A stretch of 53,060 bases of DNA, taken from IMG/VR virus record IMGVR_UViG_3300048848_000290, positions 1 through 53,060 of that record. One strand, given 5' to 3'. The stretch is from a virus (Duplodnaviria; Caudoviricetes). The position numbers and the translations under genes were made by a program. This document shows, piece by piece, positions 47,084-53,060 of the stretch. Under the pieces are notes generated by a model, which was given only the letters and a program-made list of their open reading frames with translations, did not search any database and had not been told where the DNA came from. The number at the start of each line of letters is the position of its first letter. The stretch's first letter is position 1.

Positions 47084-47460
47084 GCCTCGCTCCCGTACCG
47101 GCGAGCGTATTCCGAGTTGACCATGTCGACGAGGATATCAACCTCGTCCCAATCCGGCGCCGACCTGACATCGCCAGCGCTCTCGACGAGCGCGTTTAGC
47201 ATCTCCAAATCGTCAACTGACAGCTCGCGCAGGATCTGGCGGGAGAACTGCACCACGGTGCTGATATAGATGTAAGCCGCCTGCCCGCGCCCAAGGTCTG
47301 CAGGGATTTCCGAATAAATTTTGGCTGCGTCTTGAACCAGCTTGGGCTGTCCGCGCTTCGGCGTTGGCTTGGCTGTCTTCATCGGCTTTCCGCAGAAATA
47401 CGGACCTTGCGGCTGCGCAGGCACCGTCCGCCTCGACGGAAATTCGAATACATTGCTCAT
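47080..47460 (-). CDS. Hypothetical protein
   Basis: MSNVFEFP.. start typical of phage early ORFs; GAGGAG RBS; coupled to nusG-like gene. Confidence 0.7.
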   Translation of the reverse strand: MSNVFEFPSRRTVPAQPQGPYFCGKPMKTAKPTPKRGQPKLVQDAAKIYSEIPADLGRGQAAYIYISTVVQFSRQILRELSVDDLEMLNALVESAGDVRSAPDWDEVDILVDMVNSEYARRYGSEA

Positions 47461-47508
47461 CTCAGTGCTCCTCGAAATTGATGATTGAAAAGAATCCTCC
47501 CTGGACGA

Positions 47509-47533
47509 GGAACCGGAGGCTCTTCGCGGATTT
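47509..47533 (+). promoter_or_regulatory. sigma-EcfG/RpoE2-type promoter motif
   Basis: GGAAC-N18-TT upstream of the DUF982 gene. Confidence 0.6.
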
Positions 47534-47570
47534 GTCTCAGCAACAAGAACAACAAGGGAGGAAAACAGAA

Positions 47571-47831
47571 ATGACCGGACCGAACGATAAATGGAGCAAA
47601 CCCGTCCGACTTGATCTCACCAACAGCGGAAGGCTGGAGGTCAGCAGTCCCTTCGAGGCGCTGATCTACCTCACGGAGGACTGGCCGGCTCACCAGGGCC
47701 TGCGTTTCATAAAGGCTCGCAGCGCTTGTCGCGGAGCCCTCGCCGGCCACAAATCGGTCGAGGAGGCCCGCGCCGAGTTTGAAGCTGCCGCTGAAGAAGC
47801 TCGACAGCAATTCCGAAAGGGCCGCCACTGA
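47571..47831 (+). CDS. DUF982-family protein (moron)
   Basis: WSKPV......VSSPFEAL..L..DWP...G....A..AC..AL.G....EEAR.EF.AAA.EA; GGAGG RBS. Confidence 0.85.
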   Translation: MTGPNDKWSKPVRLDLTNSGRLEVSSPFEALIYLTEDWPAHQGLRFIKARSACRGALAGHKSVEEARAEFEAAAEEARQQFRKGRH

Positions 47832-47892
47832 TCTCCCGGCCGGGTGCTTCCATAGTGCCCGGTACCGATGTCCCGAAAGAATAGTCGGCATA

Positions 47893-49635
47893 TCAACGCT
47901 CCTCTGATCCTAGAGTCTTGAAGCTGTCTTGGATCGCTTCGAACCGGCGATCGGCACCGACGAACTGCAACGTCACCGAGCCCGGCCGACCGCACATCGG
48001 CTGTCGTCGAATTTTCTTCGAAATGACGAATGTGACCTCCTCCTCGTAATCGCGGTAGACCACGATCCCGGCATCGGCTTTGTTGCGCCAATGGGCACTG
48101 CCGGCGAGGTCGTAGAGGCCTGGAACCGGCTCCTTGCCTTCACCATGGGCCTTCAGCTTCGTTGGGTGGATGATCATCCAGATCGTGCAGCCGTGGAGCT
48201 TCGCAAACAGCTTGCATTTCGAGATGAGCTGCGAAATGAACTCGGTCTCGGTAAGCTTGTCGGGACGAGACGCCTCGATTTCGTTGTACGGATCGATCAC
48301 CAGGTTCGTCACGCCATAGCGAAGGACTGCAGCCCGACCTCGTTCCAACAACCAGTCGATCGACGGCGTATGATCCACCGCGCCGAGCAGGAATATCCGC
48401 TCGTTTAGCCAGGCCATTGCCGTCATCATTTCCGCCTCGGACATTCGAGGCGTGGGACCGTCGAAGAACGGTTGCCCACACCAGATCTCGCAGAGATCGG
48501 CGATATGGTTCGCCTCTCCAGTCTCCGGTGAGAAGAATCCCCACTTTTCGTTGCGGAGCCTCGCGGTCTGGACCGCAACCTGATCCACCCAACGAGATTT
48601 GCCGTGGTTCGGAATACCCGTCACCGCAATGAATTGGCCGGGGATATACCTGAACGCCTTGTCCATCTCGGGGAAGCCGGTAGACAGTGGCTTTGGTCCA
48701 TTTCCGTTGTAGAGATCGTGCACATCGATCGCGAAATCTTCGATGTCATGGAGGCCTTCGATCGGCCACGGCTCGGCATTCTCGACGCATTTCCGCAGAG
48801 CCTCTCGCCCAAGGTGGACGAGGCAGTCATTGGCGTCCTTGCAGCCGGCAGGCATCTTCACCCGATAGCTGCGGTCCTTGCCGACGCGGCGCGCTATCTC
48901 CTGTGCCAGCGCCTCGCCAGGACCGTCCATGTCTGAGGCGATCAGCACACGCCGAACCTTTAGGATCAGCTCCCAATGGGTTCCGAAGGGCTCATACCGC
49001 TTTTCACTTGTTTCTGGTCCGGAGGGAGCGCCGTTCGGCAGCGACACGATGTGATGAAAGCCGGCTTCAGCCATCGACATCACGTCGATTTCGCCTTCGC
49101 AGATGATCAGATCCTCGCCGGCACCGATGGTGTCCGCATTGAAGAAAACCGGCTCAGGGTCCTTCTCCTGCCGAAACATCTTGTTCGCCGTGCGGTACTT
49201 CACGTTGCGCAGCTCGCCGTCCCACTCATACGGAAACGCGATGCAATCCTCTTCCTTCTCGCTTTGCGGAAACCACTGCCGGCTCCTGTAGACGCCAAAC
49301 CTCGTGACCGTGTCGCGCGAAATCCCCCGCTTCTCGAACCAGGCGTGCAGGGTGTCGGGTCGCTGCGGTGCCGGATCGCGCTGCGGCTTTCGATAGGTCC
49401 GACGCTCGCGGACCGGCCGGTATTCCTGTCCGCCGGCACCGCCCGTGAAGTTGCAGTGGTGGCAGTTCCAAACTGCGCTTCCATCCGTCTTGACCGTCAC
49501 TGACAGGCAAGGATCATTCTTCTTGCGCCTCGACGAGGAGCAGTTCGGGCACAGAGTCTTATGGTTTCCCGGCTTTGCGTCACGCAGCCGGATATGATGT
49601 TCAGCAAGGGCGGCGAAGGTGTCGGTCATGGTCAC
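47893..49635 (-). CDS. Twinkle/T7 gp4-like bifunctional primase-helicase
   Basis: Zn finger CPNC...CHHC; TOPRIM IICEGEID, DMD, KDAND; Walker A TGIPNHGKS; LVIDPYNE; HP; LYDLAGSAHW.NKAD. Confidence 0.92.
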   Translation of the reverse strand: MTMTDTFAALAEHHIRLRDAKPGNHKTLCPNCSSSRRKKNDPCLSVTVKTDGSAVWNCHHCNFTGGAGGQEYRPVRERRTYRKPQRDPAPQRPDTLHAWFEKRGISRDTVTRFGVYRSRQWFPQSEKEEDCIAFPYEWDGELRNVKYRTANKMFRQEKDPEPVFFNADTIGAGEDLIICEGEIDVMSMAEAGFHHIVSLPNGAPSGPETSEKRYEPFGTHWELILKVRRVLIASDMDGPGEALAQEIARRVGKDRSYRVKMPAGCKDANDCLVHLGREALRKCVENAEPWPIEGLHDIEDFAIDVHDLYNGNGPKPLSTGFPEMDKAFRYIPGQFIAVTGIPNHGKSRWVDQVAVQTARLRNEKWGFFSPETGEANHIADLCEIWCGQPFFDGPTPRMSEAEMMTAMAWLNERIFLLGAVDHTPSIDWLLERGRAAVLRYGVTNLVIDPYNEIEASRPDKLTETEFISQLISKCKLFAKLHGCTIWMIIHPTKLKAHGEGKEPVPGLYDLAGSAHWRNKADAGIVVYRDYEEEVTFVISKKIRRQPMCGRPGSVTLQFVGADRRFEAIQDSFKTLGSEER

Positions 49636-50360
49636 ATCCGCCCGAAGAGGCGCGCCTTCTCGGTCGCCGCAGTTTTGCCCCTCGGCGCCGGACCGTCGAT
49701 CTTGTCGCTGTACCAGTTTCGCCAGGTCGCCAGCCAATCGAGCTTGGCCCCGCTCCTCGTCGACAGGGACCAGTTTTTCATCCGCTCGGCTTCCGACACG
49801 GCGGTGGCCCGTGGCATGCCTTTTCCGACCGCCTCTTCGATCCATTCGGGTGGAGGGGTCCAGTTAGAAGCAAGGCGATAAGCGCGCTTTTTGGAAGAAC
49901 CGGTAGGTTCTTCTTTTACTTCTAGGTTGCTGGTTGGTGGTTGGTGGTTGGTGGTTAGGTTTGACGGAAAAGAACCCGGAGCTTTCTCGGCAGGTTGATT
50001 TTCCTTGATTTTTCCGTTCGGCCGGCCGCCCTTTGAACCACGTTCGGACGCACTTTGGATGCGGTTCAGAGACTTTTCGACTTCACTTTGAGCACGGTTC
50101 TGGCACAGTTTGCCATCGCTTTGGACACGGATCTTGCCCTTGCGGATCAGCTTTTCTATCAGTCGCTTGATGTCGGCTGGACGGACTCCGCATAGCATCG
50201 CGAGCCGGCGCGGGTTGTTTTCGATCGGCCCACCTTCAGACATGATCAGGGCGCAGATCATCCAATATGCCCCCTGCTCTTCAGCATTAAGCGAGCCGGC
50301 GACACCGGCGATATATTCGTCAAAATAGAAGTCGACATGCCGAGCCTTCCCTCTGGTCAT
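49632..50360 (-). CDS. Replication initiator-like protein (DUF1376/YdaU-like N-terminus)
   Basis: FY..EYIAG...L.AEEQGAY..I...M; SERGSKGGRP; C-terminal KLDWLATWRNW. Confidence 0.8.
   Translation of the reverse strand: MTRGKARHVDFYFDEYIAGVAGSLNAEEQGAYWMICALIMSEGGPIENNPRRLAMLCGVRPADIKRLIEKLIRKGKIRVQSDGKLCQNRAQSEVEKSLNRIQSASERGSKGGRPNGKIKENQPAEKAPGSFPSNLTTNHQPPTSNLEVKEEPTGSSKKRAYRLASNWTPPPEWIEEAVGKGMPRATAVSEAERMKNWSLSTRSGAKLDWLATWRNWYSDKIDGPAPRGKTAATEKARLFGRM
49924..49958. repeat. 7-bp tandem repeats inside the initiator gene (candidate origin iterons)
   Basis: AGGTTGC TGGTTGG TGGTTGG TGGTTGG TGGTTAG. Confidence 0.7.
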
Positions 50361-50590
50361 ACGTGATGTCCTGGGAAACTCGTCTTGTGCACCGGAAAGA
50401 TAGCTACGTTGCCGCCCGTCGTGCGGCGTTCCGGCAATCTTTGATCTTCCGGAAGGTAGGTGTTCAAAAACCCTACCCAGGCCTCTGCAGCAGCTCGGCC
50501 GTCCTCAAAAGACAATGTAGCTTGCGCCTTACGGCTTGCTTCAGCATACCGCTGGAAAGCGGCCTGTTGCTCTTCGTCGCTGGTGATCAT
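50357..50590 (-). CDS. Hypothetical protein
   Basis: 77 aa, packed between alpA and initiator. Confidence 0.7.
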   Translation of the reverse strand: MITSDEEQQAAFQRYAEASRKAQATLSFEDGRAAAEAWVGFLNTYLPEDQRLPERRTTGGNVAIFPVHKTSFPGHHV

Positions 50591-50592
50591 GA

Positions 50593-50784
50593 TTAGGCGT
50601 CCCGTGCTGCCTTGGCAGATTCGATGACGCTAAGGATTTCTGACTGCGGCCACTTGGACAGAGTACCGATCTTGATCGGCTTCGGGACGATCCCGTCAGC
50701 AACCCGACGGTAAAACGTCGGGATGCTTACATCGAGGATTGCTGCGGCTTCTTTTTTAGTGAGAAGAGGGTCGGTGATTTGCAT
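50593..50784 (-). CDS. alpA: AlpA-family regulator / excisionase
   Basis: LLTKKEAA..L.VS..TFYR.V..G..PKPIKIG..S.W..SEI. Confidence 0.88.
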   Translation of the reverse strand: MQITDPLLTKKEAAAILDVSIPTFYRRVADGIVPKPIKIGTLSKWPQSEILSVIESAKAARDA

Positions 50785-50888
50785 GTGTTCAGCCCGTTGT
50801 TTGTTGAGACGGGCTGAATCTAGACTGGAAGCTGAACCAAGATTAGATAGTACGAATTGAGAAAATAATTCGAACTGGGGTGACGAAT

Positions 50889-51863
50889 TCAGTTTTTAGC
50901 GCCGGATCGCGAGTTTCTGGGACCGGATCGCGAAATCTGAGGGTACTCGACGGCAGCATATTTCCACAGCGTTTTAGCCTTTGTCGGACTAACGCCGTAA
51001 GTTTCGGCGATGATGGGGTAAATGTCGTCCCTTTTCATCCCCTCATCCCACAGTTTCAGTATCTTTTCGGTTGGGGTGCAATCCTCCATGAAGCTTTCAC
51101 CGCCTAAGTTTTTCCCCTTGTCTATATTCAGTTGGTCTAACCACTCCGCTGGAGCGACGATTGAGCATCCGTCAAACGGCATTAATGACTTATGAGGGGT
51201 ATAGTATGGAGGATATAACGAACTTTTCTCCATTGAAGCCGGAAGGGTGAACGCCCCCCTTTTCGCCACAACTATGTATTGCCGAGATAGTTCGAGTATC
51301 TCCAAATAGGCTTTTAGCTGAGTGAGATCGATCAACCCTGTATGCCAGTTTATGATCGGAATGTACTTCTCCATCCGGGTCGGGTCCATCGTGACCTTTA
51401 GCTCCGGCTGATAAAATACTCGTTCTTCGGTTAGGAATGGGACCACCCAATACCTCATAGAGAGGGACCTAATGCCGAAAACTTTTTCATCATCATCGCT
51501 CCTGTCGATCTTCTTGTCCTCAAACGCTTTCTCACGTGCATCCCAGAATGAGCTGTCTCTTTGAGGCGGGTAGAAAGTAGGACGAAGGATGCTGACCGGG
51601 ACATCAATCATTCCCCCCTCAGGCCTTAGAATTTTCGGCTTTTGCTTCCCTTCGGCTGTCATCTTCGAGAATAAATCGAACACTATATATTCTGCAGCTA
51701 ATTCCGAATTGTAATTTGCCCACGGATATTGCGTTCTTTCTTCTCCGCTCGCTTTTTGTTCCTCCCATCTTCTCCACCTTTCGCGCGAAACAGGGCCGTA
51801 AATTGCTCTGAACGCAGCGCTTTTAAAGGCGCGAATAGACTCATACCCCTCAATCGAAAACAT
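50889..51863 (-). CDS. Hypothetical protein, AT-rich, between integrase and alpA
   Basis: 324 aa ORF starting 3 nt after the integrase stop; possible C-terminal HTH. Confidence 0.7.
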   Translation of the reverse strand: MFSIEGYESIRAFKSAAFRAIYGPVSRERWRRWEEQKASGEERTQYPWANYNSELAAEYIVFDLFSKMTAEGKQKPKILRPEGGMIDVPVSILRPTFYPPQRDSSFWDAREKAFEDKKIDRSDDDEKVFGIRSLSMRYWVVPFLTEERVFYQPELKVTMDPTRMEKYIPIINWHTGLIDLTQLKAYLEILELSRQYIVVAKRGAFTLPASMEKSSLYPPYYTPHKSLMPFDGCSIVAPAEWLDQLNIDKGKNLGGESFMEDCTPTEKILKLWDEGMKRDDIYPIIAETYGVSPTKAKTLWKYAAVEYPQISRSGPRNSRSGAKN

Positions 51864-51866
51864 CCG

Positions 51867-53060
51867 TCACCCTTTCACCAATTGCATCACCTGACCGCCT
51901 TGGCCGGTGACGTGTTGCGCCCATCGCACCATCAGCTTGCGGCGCTGTTCCAAGAAATCTGTTCGTCTGTAGGCTCGCTCGACAGTGCCGCCGACCACAT
52001 GCCCGAGAACAGTCTCGGCAATGTCGTGAGAAGTGTCGGTCGTTTCCGCGATCCAGTCGCGAAGGCTCGATCTGAAGCCATGCGGGCGAGCTGTGAGCTT
52101 CGCCCGCTCCATCAGCCGGCTCATTGTCATATCGGACACCACGCCCCGCTTGACGCTGGGGAAAAGGTATCCGTCGCGAGCAAGCTTACGCGCCTGCTTG
52201 ATAATCTCCAGCGCCTCGTCAGATAGGGGCACCCGGAAGTCAGGCGTCTTGTCCTTGCGGCCTTTCATGGCCTCGCCGGGGACGGTCCAGACATCGCCGT
52301 CGATCTGGTCCTCACGAATGAACCGTAGAGGGGCCGAGCGGACGCCAGTAAGGATTAGGAGCCTAAGCGCCAGGTGCGTTACCGTGCCGTCGTTTAGGGA
52401 AAGATAGAAGGCTGGAACCTCAGACCATGGCATGGCGGGAATGTTGCCCGCCTTGTGGCGCTGTCGGCCGAGCAGGGCGCGAGCTTTTTCGGTCGCCTGA
52501 ATATCAACGTCGAGCCCGAGAGCCGCGGCATGCTTGAAGCAGATGCCGAGCCGATTGATAGCCTTCTTCGCCGTCTCCGCCTTGCTGTGCCAGATCGGCG
52601 CCAGCGCATCCCGGATATCGGTCTGGTTGATGTCGGCGATCGGTATCTTACCGAGCTTGGGGAGAATGTGCAGCTCCAGCGGGCTGAACCATCGGCCGGC
52701 GACGCCATCACCTTTCAGCTCGGCCTTGCGGCTTTCGAAGGCATCTTTCGCGATCTCCTTCAGAAGGTGAAGATTTCGGGCAGCTTCTCTCCGGAGGCGA
52801 TCACGCTCTTTGATCGGGTCAAGATTTTGCCGCGCGACAGCCCGCCATTTTGCGGCTTCATCTCGGATCTCTTTCAGAGTAACCTCTGATGCGGAGCCAA
52901 GCCCCATCTCGCGGCGCCGGCCGTGAACGGTGATCCGCAGCACCCACTGACCGCCTCCGTCTTCGCGTTTATGAAGCCAAAGGCCACCGCCGTCAGAGTA
53001 CTTTCCGGGGCCAGAATTTTTGATGCTGAGGGCTGTCAGCTTGTTTAATTCCCGCCCCAT
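51867..53060 (-). CDS. int: P4-family tyrosine integrase with arm-binding domain
   Basis: GKYSDGGGL.L...W.LR...G.RREMGLG; LTGVRS (R), MKG (K), PHGFRSS (HxxR), LGH, AY. Confidence 0.95.
   Translation of the reverse strand: MGRELNKLTALSIKNSGPGKYSDGGGLWLHKREDGGGQWVLRITVHGRRREMGLGSASEVTLKEIRDEAAKWRAVARQNLDPIKERDRLRREAARNLHLLKEIAKDAFESRKAELKGDGVAGRWFSPLELHILPKLGKIPIADINQTDIRDALAPIWHSKAETAKKAINRLGICFKHAAALGLDVDIQATEKARALLGRQRHKAGNIPAMPWSEVPAFYLSLNDGTVTHLALRLLILTGVRSAPLRFIREDQIDGDVWTVPGEAMKGRKDKTPDFRVPLSDEALEIIKQARKLARDGYLFPSVKRGVVSDMTMSRLMERAKLTARPHGFRSSLRDWIAETTDTSHDIAETVLGHVVGGTVERAYRRTDFLEQRRKLMVRWAQHVTGQGGQVMQLVKG

Larger units (their letters stand above)
12580..53060 (-). mobile_element. Temperate siphovirus-like prophage (core); probably extends over the accessory region to base 1
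   Basis: Integration, replication, packaging, head, tail and lysis modules in order; att sites not visible. Confidence 0.9.

Noticed and set aside
1-53060. CRISPR array, tRNA, rRNA, reverse transcriptase/DGR, transposase, att core repeats
   Set aside because: None recognised; the window ends at the integrase start codon so att sites cannot be assessed

Overview
A temperate long-tailed (siphovirus-type) prophage, probably from a rhizobial Alphaproteobacterium (host inferred from gene families), read almost entirely on the minus strand. From the right end it runs: P4-type integrase, AT-rich orphan gene, AlpA, DUF1376-like replication initiator with internal 7-bp repeats, Twinkle-like primase-helicase, NusG-paralog antiterminator, DUF2806 moron, HNH, terminase small and large subunits, fused protease-major capsid, portal (broken by one in-frame TAG), head-tail and tail genes (with a G/GT -1 frameshift site), tape measure, tail tip and fibres, GH19 endolysin and Rz/Rz1-like spanins. 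The left ~17 kb and several gaps in the late operon hold accessory genes: a glycosyltransferase, a PAS-PAS hybrid histidine kinase, KilA-N, four DUF982 paralogs, many tiny membrane or secreted proteins, gene remnants, and an XRE switch at the far left. The strongest unexplained signals are: (1) at least 8 exact GGAAC-N18-TT (sigma-EcfG/RpoE2, general stress response) promoter motifs placed in front of plus-strand morons, together with a stand-alone sigma-region-2-like protein and a candidate C-rich sRNA; (2) a duplicated hairpin element downstream of the NusG paralog; (3) the amber-interrupted portal. All family assignments come from motif recognition by eye; no database searches were run.
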